From the NCBI GenBank assembly GCA_965203515.1, contig OZ241907.1, positions 3,104,001 to 3,168,000 of the forward strand: 64,000 bases of DNA. Reading direction: 5' to 3'. Below, piece by piece: positions 1 to 9,164 of the stretch. Position numbers and translations under genes: made by a program. The notes under the pieces are model-generated. The model searched no databases. It was not told the origin of the DNA and worked only from the letters and a program-made list of their open reading frames with translations. Position 1 is the stretch's first letter; each line of letters starts with the position of its first letter. The DNA is from Spirochaetia bacterium (lineage in GTDB: Bacteria; Spirochaetota; Spirochaetia; SZUA-6; Bin103).

Positions 1-59
1 TCGTACAGCCGATCGTACGACCGGAACAGTTCGGCCGACTTCGACGCCAGATCGCTCAC
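1..59 (-). CDS. Probable second ABC permease (OppC/DppC-like), N-terminal fragment only
   Basis: GTG at 59-57 overlaps the stop of the upstream permease (GTGA). The frame VSDLASKSAELFRSYDRLY is open to the window edge. Identity is inferred from operon position only. Confidence 0.5.
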   Translation of the reverse strand, partial: MSDLASKSAELFRSYDRLY

Positions 60-1039
60 GAGTAGGCGATGCGCGGATCCACCAGCGCCAGCACGATGTC
101 GGCGATGAGATTGGACAACATCAGCAGCAGGGTCATGAACAGCAGGAACGTGCCGGCCAGATACATGTCCTGCGTACGCAACGCCCGCAGGAACAGCGGC
201 CCGGTGGTCGGCAGCGACATGACGATGCCGACCAGCGCCGACTCGGAGATGATCTTCGGTATCTCCAGCGCCAGCACGCTGATGAGCGGATTGATCGCCA
301 CCCGTACCGCGTACTTGTTGACGACCGTTCGCTCCTTCAGCCCCTTGGCGCGGGCGGTGGTGATGTATTGCTGCCCGAACACGTCGAGCAGGTTGCCGCG
401 CATGATCCGCTGCAGTTGCGCGGTGCTGGCCAGCCCCAGGATGACCGCCGGCGGCCACAGATGGTTGAAGTAGTCGAACGCCTTCGCCAGGCTCAGCGGC
501 GCGTCCTCCATCTCCGGCGACAGCGTTCCCCACACGTCGATGCGCAGCACCAGCGCGCCGAAGAACATCCAGACCAGCGCGAGCAGGAAGCCGGGCAGCG
601 ACAGACCCACGAAGCCGACGAACGACAGCAGGTTGTCGCTGATCGCGTACTGGTGCGTGGCGGTGTAGATGCCGATCGGAATGGCGATGAGGATCGTGAA
701 CGCCAGCGACAGGCCGCCGAGCAGTACCGTATAGCCCAGCCGGCCCCGGACCAACGGCCATACGGGACTGTTCCATTCCAGCGACCAGCCGAAGTCGCCG
801 CGCAGAAAGCCGGTGATCCACTTGAGATACTGCACGTACTGCGGCTGATCCAGCCCGTATTGCCTGCGGAGCGACTCCAGCGTCCTGGCGTCCTGGCCGC
901 CGCCGGTCTCCGCTATCTCGGCCTGCAGCGAGGTGAAGAAGTCGCCGGGCGGCAACTGGATGATGACGAAGGTGATGACGGAGACGAACAACAGCAGGGG
1001 GACCATCGCCAGCAACCGCTGCACGACGTAGGCGAGCAT
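56..1039 (-). CDS. Peptide/oligosaccharide ABC transporter permease (OppB/DppB family)
   Basis: MLAYVVQRLL start, YGLDQP..QYL.W, GDFG.S, EAA-like loop YITTARAKGL, C-terminal DPRI. Confidence 0.95.
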   Translation of the reverse strand: MLAYVVQRLLAMVPLLLFVSVITFVIIQLPPGDFFTSLQAEIAETGGGQDARTLESLRRQYGLDQPQYVQYLKWITGFLRGDFGWSLEWNSPVWPLVRGRLGYTVLLGGLSLAFTILIAIPIGIYTATHQYAISDNLLSFVGFVGLSLPGFLLALVWMFFGALVLRIDVWGTLSPEMEDAPLSLAKAFDYFNHLWPPAVILGLASTAQLQRIMRGNLLDVFGQQYITTARAKGLKERTVVNKYAVRVAINPLISVLALEIPKIISESALVGIVMSLPTTGPLFLRALRTQDMYLAGTFLLFMTLLLMLSNLIADIVLALVDPRIAYS

Positions 1040-1151
1040 GGGACGAGCTTACTCCGCGCCGGCGGACCGCCGCGGCGGGCGCCGCGGACGCACGGGAGCC
1101 GGCTCCCCTGCGCCCGCCGTCCGCCGCTGGCGCATCCGCCCTGCGCCGGTG

Positions 1152-3023
1152 CTATTGCGCGAAATAGTAGTGACTCGGATCCTGCGTCCCCGGCGACATG
1201 ATGAGCCAGTCCGCGGTGAACTCCGTCATCACGTTCTTGAAGTCGTCCTTGACGACGACGATGGACGGCGCCATGCCGACCGTGCCGATCGTGTACAGCC
1301 GCTCCGTGGACAGCCGCACGAGCTGCTTTGCGATCTCGAGCTGAGCGCTCGAATCGACGGTGACCTTGTACTGGTCGTAGAGGTCCATCAGCTCCTTCAT
1401 CTCGGGCGGCGGTTCCTCGCCCAGCTCGCCGCCGGTCTTGTACCACGTGCCGAATGCCGGCGCCCCCCAGGAACGCTCGTCGAAGGGGAACTGGTAGACC
1501 GGGTCGACCATCGGCACCAGACCGCGGTCGGTACCCCAGGTGGCGATCATGACCTCGTTGGCGTTGGCGCGCGGCCAATAGACGTCGCGCGTCATGGTCT
1601 TCAACGCGGTCTTCAGGCCGATGTCGTTCCAGCCCTCGACGGCGATCTCCAGCGCGTCGACGTTGCCGGTGCCGACCGCCTCGACGATCAGCTCCAGCGA
1701 GGAGCCGTCGGCAAAGGTGCGGAAGCCGTCGCCGCCGACCGGCAGGCCGATCTCATCGAGGAGCCCGCGCGCCCGGTCCAGGTCGAACTCGGCGTAGTAG
1801 AACTCGATATCGGGCTGGAAGAGCGCCGAGTCGTTGACCACCGAGGCGGTGCGCGGCGTGCCCAGGCCGAGGTGGACCACTTCGTTGATCAGGTCGCGGT
1901 CGATGGCCAGCGACAGTGCCTGCCGGAACTTCAGCTCCTGCATCAGCGCGCGGTACTTGGGATCCGCGTAGCTCTGGTTGGGCATGAAGGTGGCGTGCGA
2001 CGCGCTGGCGTTGTTCCAGAGCAGCGTGTGATAGTCGCCCTGATCGGCGTTCTCCTGGTAGACCGGATACTTGCTGAGGTCCATGTGCCGGGTCTGCATG
2101 TCGATTTCACCGGCGATGGCCAGCAGGTTGGCCGCCTCGTTGTCCTCCACCAGCGTGAAGTGCAGCCGGTCGATGTACGGAAGCTGATTGCCCGCCTCAT
2201 CGACCTTCCAGTAGTAGGGATTGCGCTCGGCGACCAGCTCGGTGGCGCCGGCGCCCCATTCGGTCACCCGCCAGGGGGTCATGGCCGGCCGCTCGATGTT
2301 GAAGTCGAACGCCTTCTCCTCGAACTGCTGGTAGTCGGTCACGGCCGAGTTGTACGCGGGATGGTACTGCTCCAGGTAGTGGCGCGGCGCGAAGAACCCG
2401 AAGCGCTCGAAGCCCAGCGGCCACTGGTTGCCGTGGAACGCCAGCCCGACCGTTTCAGCCAGCCCGTTGGGACCGGCGAACTTCAGCTTGATGGTGACGT
2501 CGTCGATCTTCTCGAGCTCCATCGGCTCGCCGTTGATGACCCACTCCGCATGCGGGGCGGCGGTGACGTCCTTGTTGGTCTCGATCGCCTCCCACCAGAA
2601 GATGATGTCATCGACCGTGAACGGCGCGCCGTCGGACCACTTGAGGCCGCGGCGCAGGTGCAGGGTCAGCTCGGTGCCGTCGTCCGACCAGCGCCACTCC
2701 TTGGCCAGTCCGGGCTGGACCGGGTCCTTGGGGTCCCGCGGCCAGCGCAGCATCGGCTCGTAGTTGAGACGGCCGAACGCGTGGAAGTCCTTGATCCCCT
2801 TGAACGCCCGGCGCCACGTGCCGCCGTACTGGCCGATCGAGTCCTCCGCTTCGACCACCAGCGGCTCTTCCGGGAGCCGCTCGGCCACCGGCTCCAGGTC
2901 GCCGGCGGCGACCATCGCCTGCAGCATCGGAGCTTCCTGGTACTGCTGAGCCCACGCTCCGGCCGCTACGATCATGAACCCCGCCACCAGCGCCGGCAGG
3001 TACCCTCGATTCCTGAGCGACAT
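1152..3023 (-). CDS. ABC transporter substrate-binding protein, family 5
   Basis: Signal peptide; QEAPML..MV..G.L.PVAERLPEEP; LRRGLKWSDGAPFTVDD; ERNPYYWKVD..GNQLPYID. Confidence 0.95.
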   Translation of the reverse strand: MSLRNRGYLPALVAGFMIVAAGAWAQQYQEAPMLQAMVAAGDLEPVAERLPEEPLVVEAEDSIGQYGGTWRRAFKGIKDFHAFGRLNYEPMLRWPRDPKDPVQPGLAKEWRWSDDGTELTLHLRRGLKWSDGAPFTVDDIIFWWEAIETNKDVTAAPHAEWVINGEPMELEKIDDVTIKLKFAGPNGLAETVGLAFHGNQWPLGFERFGFFAPRHYLEQYHPAYNSAVTDYQQFEEKAFDFNIERPAMTPWRVTEWGAGATELVAERNPYYWKVDEAGNQLPYIDRLHFTLVEDNEAANLLAIAGEIDMQTRHMDLSKYPVYQENADQGDYHTLLWNNASASHATFMPNQSYADPKYRALMQELKFRQALSLAIDRDLINEVVHLGLGTPRTASVVNDSALFQPDIEFYYAEFDLDRARGLLDEIGLPVGGDGFRTFADGSSLELIVEAVGTGNVDALEIAVEGWNDIGLKTALKTMTRDVYWPRANANEVMIATWGTDRGLVPMVDPVYQFPFDERSWGAPAFGTWYKTGGELGEEPPPEMKELMDLYDQYKVTVDSSAQLEIAKQLVRLSTERLYTIGTVGMAPSIVVVKDDFKNVMTEFTADWLIMSPGTQDPSHYYFAQ

Positions 3024-3254
3024 GTATCGATCCTCCGTTCGGTTGGTTGCCCGAGCGGATGCCGCCGCCGGCGCCGCTCGGCCGGGTACCCACGCTACCG
3101 CTTGCCGGTTGCCGCGTCAACGGCTTGCGGGCCCCCCGCCCGGCAGCCGGGCCCGGCCCCCTCGGTGGGAGTTGCCGGCCGGGCGCTGCCGGCGTAGAGT
3201 GCTGACGGCGTAGCGTGACGTCGTTCACGGCGACCCCATTCCCGGAGGATTCAG

Positions 3255-4445
3255 ATGGCAAGCAATCGAGGTGTGGCCTACATCGAGCCCGGCGTGGTCG
3301 AGGTGCAGTCGATCGACTTCCCCGAGCTGTCGCTCGGCGATCGCAAGTGCGACCACGGCGTCATCCTCAAGATCGTCTCCACCAACATCTGCGGCAGCGA
3401 TCAGCACATGGTGCGGGGCCGCACGACCGCCCCCGAGGGGCTGATCCTGGGCCACGAGATCACCGGCGAGGTGATCGAAGCGGGGCGCGACGTCGAGTTC
3501 GTCGGCGTGGGCGACATCGTCAGCGTCCCCTTCAACATCGCCTGCGGCCGTTGCCGCAACTGCAAGGAGACCAAGACCGGCATCTGCCTCAACGTCAATC
3601 CGGCACGACCCGGCGCCGCCTACGGCTACGTCGACATGGGCGGCTGGATCGGCGGCCAGGCCGAGTACGTGATGGTCCCGTACGCCGACTTCAACCTGCT
3701 GAAGCTGCCCGAGCGCGACGTGGCGATGGCCAAGATCAAGGACCTGACGCTGCTGTCGGACATCTTCCCGACCGGCTTCCACGGCGCCTTCACGGCCGGC
3801 GTGGGACCGGGCTCGATCGTATACGTGGCCGGCGCCGGCCCGGTCGGACTGGCGTGCGCGCACTCCTGTCAACTGCTGGGCGCCGCCGTGGTCATCGTCG
3901 GCGACATGATCCCCGAACGGCTGGCGCAGGCGCGCAGCTTCGGCTGCGAGACCGTCGACCTGACCGCAGAGGCGACCCTGGGTGAGCAGATCGCGGAGAT
4001 CGTCGGCGAACCGGAGGTCGATCAGGCGGTCGACTGCGTGGGCTTCGAAGCGCGCGGTCACGGCAAGGAAGCCGTGGTGGAGCGGCCGGCGACGGTGCTC
4101 AACTCCGTCATGGAGGTGACCCGCGCCGGCGGCGGCATCGGCATTCCCGGCCTCTACGTCACCGGCGATCCGGGCGGTGTCGACGACAACGCCAAGGTCG
4201 GCAACCTGAGCATCCGCATCGGCCTGGGCTGGGCCAAGTCCCATCACTTCACCACCGGCCAGTGCCCGGTGATGCGCTATCACCGCCAGCTCATGCAGGC
4301 GATCCTCTACGACAAGGTCAAGATCGCCGAGGCGGTCAACGCGCAGGTCATCTCCCTGGACGACGCCCCGCGCGGCTACCAGGACTTCGACCAGGGGGCG
4401 GCGACCAAGTTCGTGATCGACCCGCACGAGATGATCGCCGCGTAG
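3255..4445 (+). CDS. fdhA: Glutathione-independent formaldehyde dehydrogenase
   Basis: TNICGSDQHMVRGRT, GHEITGE, CGRCRNC, LSDIFPTG, GAGPVG, GLGWAKSH..TGQCPV; GGAGG RBS. Confidence 0.93.
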   Translation: MASNRGVAYIEPGVVEVQSIDFPELSLGDRKCDHGVILKIVSTNICGSDQHMVRGRTTAPEGLILGHEITGEVIEAGRDVEFVGVGDIVSVPFNIACGRCRNCKETKTGICLNVNPARPGAAYGYVDMGGWIGGQAEYVMVPYADFNLLKLPERDVAMAKIKDLTLLSDIFPTGFHGAFTAGVGPGSIVYVAGAGPVGLACAHSCQLLGAAVVIVGDMIPERLAQARSFGCETVDLTAEATLGEQIAEIVGEPEVDQAVDCVGFEARGHGKEAVVERPATVLNSVMEVTRAGGGIGIPGLYVTGDPGGVDDNAKVGNLSIRIGLGWAKSHHFTTGQCPVMRYHRQLMQAILYDKVKIAEAVNAQVISLDDAPRGYQDFDQGAATKFVIDPHEMIAA

Positions 4446-4489
4446 GCGGGTCCGGGTCTCCCGCCGGCCCCGTCCCGGCCGGCCGGCCC

Positions 4490-5206
4490 TCAGTCGCGGA
4501 AGCGGGGCGAGGTGTCGGCCTGTTCGGTGAGCTCGCAACGGTCCTGCGGATGGTAGCCGATGGCGCGGCGTCCGTGGTCCAGGTCGTACAGCGGCCACAC
4601 GGCATCGGAGACGCCGAAGACGATCTCGAAGCCCGCGCCCGGGTGGGTGAGCGCCGCCTCGAACACCCGCACGGCGTCGCCGTGGCTCAGGTCGTGCGGG
4701 TGCCGGGTGTCCGCCTGCCCGGCGCGGAAGCTGCCGATGCGCACGGCGACGAACTCGATGCCGAACTCGGCGTGGTAGCGGTAGCCGAGCTGCTCCCCGA
4801 ACGCCTTGCTGACCGAGTAGTCGTCGAACGGCCGGGTCGGCAGATCGACGGTACGCGTCAGCCTGCGCGGGTAGCGTTCCACCAGCCCGGCGCGGCTGGC
4901 GAACACGAAGCGCCGCACCTTCGCGCGCCGCGCCGCTTCCAGCGCGTTGCGGACACCGATGACGTTGGCCGACAGCACGTCCTCCCAACGGTGCGCGCCG
5001 CCGACCACTGCGCCGAGATGGACGATGCCGTCCACCCTCGCCGCGGCGGCGGTCAGCTTCTCCACGTCGCCCAGGTCGCCGACCACCGCATCGGTCAGGC
5101 CCGGCGTCGGCAGCAGGTCGTAGCCGCGCAGCTCATGCCGGCCGCGCAGCCCGGCGATCAGCACCTGTCCCAGCGCGCCGGCCGAACCGGTCATCAATAC
5201 GTGCAT
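4490..5206 (-). CDS. NAD-dependent epimerase/dehydrogenase (SDR, uronate-dehydrogenase-like)
   Basis: TGSAGALG Rossmann motif and YSVSK (YxxxK). Start reassigned to MHVLMTG at 5206. Confidence 0.85.
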   Translation of the reverse strand: MHVLMTGSAGALGQVLIAGLRGRHELRGYDLLPTPGLTDAVVGDLGDVEKLTAAAARVDGIVHLGAVVGGAHRWEDVLSANVIGVRNALEAARRAKVRRFVFASRAGLVERYPRRLTRTVDLPTRPFDDYSVSKAFGEQLGYRYHAEFGIEFVAVRIGSFRAGQADTRHPHDLSHGDAVRVFEAALTHPGAGFEIVFGVSDAVWPLYDLDHGRRAIGYHPQDRCELTEQADTSPRFRD

Positions 5207-5249
5207 CGGAACCTCACTTCGGGAACCCGGCCCGGTACCGCCCGCCGAT

Positions 5250-6662
5250 TCACGATTCCACGACCAGCGCGTCGACGAACCGGTCGACCGGCAGGCGTTC
5301 AAGCGACTCGCCGTCGTCGAACCACGCCGCGATCCGGTCGACCCGCGCGGCGTCGAACGCCGCGGCCAGATTCGCCCGCAGCTTGGCCCGCAGCCGCGGC
5401 AGCGCCTCCGCGCGCCGGCGCGGGTGGCCGATCGGGTAGATCACCTCCACGCGGCCGCTGCTCGTGCCGTCGTCGAAGTGCACCTGCACGGCGTTGCCGA
5501 TCGAGCGTTCGTCCGGCTGCAGGTACCCGGCGCTGTAGGCGGGTTCTTCGCGCACCCGCATCACCGCCCGCAGCCGGTCGATGCGCGGGTCGGCGGCGAA
5601 CTCGTCGTCGTAGTGGTGGTCGGTCAGCTCTCCGGCCAGCAGCCCGACCGCCACGATGTACTGCAGGCAGTGGTCGCGGTCGGCCGGATTGGCCAGCGGG
5701 CCGGTCTTGTCGATGATCCGCACCGCCGCTTCCTGGGTGCGGATGTCGATGCGCTCGATCTCATCGAGACGGCCGCGCACCTGCGGGTGCAGGGCGATCG
5801 CCGCCTCGGCCGCCGTCTGCGCGTGGAACTCGGCGGGAAAATCGACCTTGAACAGCACGTGCTCGACGACGTGGCTGGCCAGCGGCCCGCAGCGCAGGCG
5901 TCCGCCGCGCAACAGGACCGCGTCGAATCCCCAGCGCGGCGCCTCGACGGCGCGCGGGTAGCCCGGCTCGCCGCGCATGGTCAGGTAGGCGAGCTGCACG
6001 CCGCGCGCGGCCGCATCGCCCGCAGCCCAGGACTTGCGCGACCCGGTGTTAGGCGCGTGGCGGTAGGTGCGCAACGGGCCGGCGTCGACCAGCGCCTGCG
6101 ACGCCGCCGCCGCCACCTCCTGCCGGCCGCCGCCGAGCAGCGCGGTGACCGTGCAGGCGGTGGCCAGCTTTACCAGCAGCACGTGATCGAAGCCGATGCG
6201 GTTGAAGCTGTTGTCGATCGCCAGCACGCCCTGTATCTCGTAGGCGCGGATGATCAGCGACAGCAGCTCGCGCACCGTGACCGGGCGCTGCCCCGCGCGG
6301 CTCAGGTAGTCGGCCACCGCCAGCAGCGCGCCGATGTTGTCGGACGGGTGGCCCCACTCGGCAGCCAGCCACGTGTCGTTGTAGTCGAGCCAGCGGATCA
6401 GCGTCGAGATGTTGAACGCCGCCTGGATCGGGTCCAGCGCCAGCGCCGTGCCGGGCACCCGGGCGCCGCCGGGGACCACTCCGTTCTGGCCCGGCACGAA
6501 CGGCCCGAGCAGGCGCGTGCACGCGGGATGCCGCAACGCCAGCGCCGCGCAGCCCAGCGCATCGAGCAGGCAGAGCCGGGCGGCGTCGCAGGCGGCCGGC
6601 GAAAACGGCGGCGGATCGGCCGCATAGGAGGCCAGCCGGTCCAACACCGCATCCGCGTTCAT
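5250..6662 (-). CDS. prpD: 2-methylcitrate dehydratase
   Basis: RWLDYNDTWLAAEWGHPSDN, LRTYRHAPNTGSRKSWAAGDA, FPAEFHAQTA, NPADRDHCLQY, YPIGH.RRR. Confidence 0.96.
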   Translation of the reverse strand: MNADAVLDRLASYAADPPPFSPAACDAARLCLLDALGCAALALRHPACTRLLGPFVPGQNGVVPGGARVPGTALALDPIQAAFNISTLIRWLDYNDTWLAAEWGHPSDNIGALLAVADYLSRAGQRPVTVRELLSLIIRAYEIQGVLAIDNSFNRIGFDHVLLVKLATACTVTALLGGGRQEVAAAASQALVDAGPLRTYRHAPNTGSRKSWAAGDAAARGVQLAYLTMRGEPGYPRAVEAPRWGFDAVLLRGGRLRCGPLASHVVEHVLFKVDFPAEFHAQTAAEAAIALHPQVRGRLDEIERIDIRTQEAAVRIIDKTGPLANPADRDHCLQYIVAVGLLAGELTDHHYDDEFAADPRIDRLRAVMRVREEPAYSAGYLQPDERSIGNAVQVHFDDGTSSGRVEVIYPIGHPRRRAEALPRLRAKLRANLAAAFDAARVDRIAAWFDDGESLERLPVDRFVDALVVES

Positions 6663-7651
6663 GCGCCGGCGTTGTACGGCAGATGCCCGCCGCCGTGCAA
6701 GCCGCCCGCTGACGGGACCGTCGCGGCGGATGCCGTGTCAGCCGTGTCGAGATACCGCCCGCTCCTCTCGAAGAGCATCAACTGCTCCTTCGATTTCCGC
6801 GGGTCGACCGGAGTCGCCGGGGCGTAGTTGGTCACCAGCGCCTCCAGCATCGGCTTCCGGTTCGCCTCACGGGCGCCGACGTGATAGAAGTGCTGGCGAG
6901 TGGAGATCGTAAACCGACTCCAGAGCGTCTGCAGACAGCGGTTTTCCCGGTGCTCGTTGCTGTGCCACGTGGAGAGCATGAAACGCGCCTGCGTACCGTC
7001 CAACGCGGCGTGCAGCGACCGCTCCGATCGTTCATCCCAACTGTCGTAGTAGTCCACGTGGCGACCGACATACGGAGGATCGCAGTACACGAAGTCTCCC
7101 CCGGTCGCTTCCCGAATCGTCGCCTGGAAATCCTGACACACGAACCGCCAGTCGAACAATTCGACGGCCGCCCGGAAGCGTTCCACCTGGTTGACGATCT
7201 TCGTGACGTATGCGGGCGCGAACCGCTGCGGCTTGTGACCGAACGGCACATTGAACATGCCGCGTCGGTTGAATCGGATGAGTCCGTTGAAGCAGGAGCG
7301 GTTCAGGAAGAGGAAATCCAGCGGATCGCCCGTGGCGTTGAACCGATCGCGCACCCGGTTGTAGTGATCCTGCCCCCGGCTCGCCAAGCGGCTCCCCTCC
7401 CGTTCGAGGAATCTCCTGGTCTTCGCGCCGTCGATCTCGCCATCCGCGAGCGCCCGGTAGAACCGGATCAGATGAGGATTGCTGTCCGCCAGCAGCGCTC
7501 GCCTAGGCGCCACGTTGAGCGCAACCACCGCGGAACCGAGGAACGGCTCGATCCAGAGTCCGTCCGGGTCACGATCGATGCTGCGCAGAATCGCCGGCAC
7601 CAGCCTGGTCTTGATGCCCTGACACTTGATCGGCGGGACGTGTATTCGCAA
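6659..7651 (-). CDS. Dam/D12-class DNA adenine-N6 methyltransferase, M.EcoRV-like (orphan)
   Basis: PPIKCQGIKT, EPFLGS, LDFLFLNRSCFNG, YCDPPY.GRHVDY, HFYHVGA.E.NR.PM.EAL.TN; these match M.EcoRV as I recall it. Confidence 0.9.
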   Translation of the reverse strand: MRIHVPPIKCQGIKTRLVPAILRSIDRDPDGLWIEPFLGSAVVALNVAPRRALLADSNPHLIRFYRALADGEIDGAKTRRFLEREGSRLASRGQDHYNRVRDRFNATGDPLDFLFLNRSCFNGLIRFNRRGMFNVPFGHKPQRFAPAYVTKIVNQVERFRAAVELFDWRFVCQDFQATIREATGGDFVYCDPPYVGRHVDYYDSWDERSERSLHAALDGTQARFMLSTWHSNEHRENRCLQTLWSRFTISTRQHFYHVGAREANRKPMLEALVTNYAPATPVDPRKSKEQLMLFERSGRYLDTADTASAATVPSAGGLHGGGHLPYNAGA

Positions 7652-7683
7652 CGTCAGCCCGAAGTATGGCAGAATGCGGTCTC

Positions 7684-8547
7684 ATGCAGGCGACCGCCGT
7701 GAGCGCCGGACTGCCGGGCGTCTTCGAGCCCCTGCCGCGGCTGCTCTACTACGACGACTTCAACCACGGGATGAACGGCTGGGGGGCGCTGATCGGCAAC
7801 TACGAGGACCGTGTCGACGCCATGCTGCCGGAGTACATGGACATGCGCCCGCCCATGCTGAGCAACCTGACCATGTGGGACGCCGGCACCTCCGGGGGGA
7901 TCGGCGGCTCCTACGCGCTCAAGCTGGCCACGCGCGCCAAGCCGGGAACCTTCTGCACGGCGATCAAGCGGTACACGTTCAGCACGTGGGGACCGCTGCG
8001 GGTGGAGGCGATCGTCACCTTCAAGCCGGAGGCGAGCGCGCTGGAGCTGGGCGAGACGGCGGTGCGCGCGTTCGGCGTCCTGCTCGACCTGCAGCACGCC
8101 GACGGGCAGGCGGCCGAGCCGCTGCGGGTGATGCCGCACCTCCGCTATCTCAACGCGTGGCAGGGCCGGCGCGCGGAGCGCTGGCAGTACAAGACCCGGC
8201 GCGAGCCGCTGGTCGACATCGGCACGCGCGGCAAGACCTGGTCGCACTTCCACTTCAAGTCGAACAACTGGATCGACGTTCCGGGCGGCGGCCAGCGCCT
8301 CTGCTACAACGAGATCGCTACCAAGCACAACTGGTACTACCTGCGGCTCGACTTCGACTTGGCGGAGATGCGCTTCCTGGAGTTCCGCTGCAACGAGCGC
8401 GACCTCGACGTGACCGGCATCGAGCCGATGCGGCTGCCGGCCATGCCCAACCTGTGGTCGATGCTCAACGTCGCGTTCTTCGTGGAGAACGACGCCGCTA
8501 CCCGAGCGTTCCTCTACCTCGACAGCGTCGCGGTCTCCAGCGTGTGA
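7684..8547 (+). CDS. Conserved hypothetical protein (DUF6772-like)
   Basis: F.PLPRLL.YDDF..G.NGW, PPMLSNLTMWD.GT.G, YNEI.TK.NW.YLR; good GC3 bias. DUF number is from memory. Confidence 0.65.
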   Translation: MQATAVSAGLPGVFEPLPRLLYYDDFNHGMNGWGALIGNYEDRVDAMLPEYMDMRPPMLSNLTMWDAGTSGGIGGSYALKLATRAKPGTFCTAIKRYTFSTWGPLRVEAIVTFKPEASALELGETAVRAFGVLLDLQHADGQAAEPLRVMPHLRYLNAWQGRRAERWQYKTRREPLVDIGTRGKTWSHFHFKSNNWIDVPGGGQRLCYNEIATKHNWYYLRLDFDLAEMRFLEFRCNERDLDVTGIEPMRLPAMPNLWSMLNVAFFVENDAATRAFLYLDSVAVSSV

Positions 8548-8557
8548 GGGGAAGGCG

Positions 8558-8890
8558 ATGAGACAGAGTCACACCGCGGCGATCGAGCTCGGCACCACCT
8601 GGGAGGGTGAGTTCGCCACCGAGCCGTACGAAGCGGCCTGGGCGCGCGAGGCGATCTTCTTCATCCGCCTGCTCGACGGCGAAGCTCCCGCCGATGCCGC
8701 GGCGCGCGTGCAGATCGCCCCGGACGGCATCCATTGGTCCGACGAAGGGACGGAGGTCCCGCTGCCGCCCGTCGCCGGACCGACCACCTTCGCTCGCCTC
8801 CGGCACTTCGGCGGCTGGCTGCGCCTGACCGGGTCGCTGCCCGACGGCGTCGCGCTGCCGGTCATAGTCCACCTGGCCCTCAAGGAGTAG
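8558..8890 (+). CDS. Conserved hypothetical protein (DUF6385-like)
   Basis: TEPYEAAWAREAIFF, VQI.PDGIHW.DEG, HFGGWLR. DUF number is from memory. Confidence 0.65.
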   Translation: MRQSHTAAIELGTTWEGEFATEPYEAAWAREAIFFIRLLDGEAPADAAARVQIAPDGIHWSDEGTEVPLPPVAGPTTFARLRHFGGWLRLTGSLPDGVALPVIVHLALKE

Positions 8891-8908
8891 ACTCCGGGCA
8901 GACGGATC

Positions 8909-9128
8909 GATTCGAGGACGTGCTGGCGGCGGACCGCCGGCCCGATGCGCTCTATCGGCAGGAAGTGGAGCGCTCGGATATCTACGTAGGGTTGTTCGGC
9001 GCCCACTACGGTACCGAAGACGCGGAAGGCGTTTCGCCGACCGAGCGGGAGTACCGCCGTGCGACCGCCGACCGCCTTGGGGCAGACATCGCTTGATCTT
9101 CGTGAAAGGAGCGGACGAACGCCGCTCG
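8909..9128 (+). pseudogene. DUF4062-like domain fragment, frameshifted
   Basis: FED..AADRRPD.LY..EV.RSDIYVGLFG..YG....GVSPTEREY in one frame, continuing LIFVKGAD in another; no start codon. Confidence 0.6.
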
Positions 9129-9164
9129 GCGAGCTATGCTGCGCAACGCTCGGAGGCATGGTCG

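Noticed and set aside
1094..1107. Palindrome GGGAGCCGGCTCCC between the ABC genes as a REP element
   Set aside because: No further copies noticed; at most a local mRNA hairpin.
3024..3254. GC-rich divergent intergenic region as a possible riboswitch
   Set aside because: No conserved riboswitch motif recognised; hairpins are expected at this GC content.
9093..9164. ORF-track N-terminal extensions (also at 5302, 12463, 17760, 19706, 26985, 43206, 52985, 57908, 62319)
   Set aside because: RBS or -10 position, overlaps and family N-termini support the shorter starts I used.
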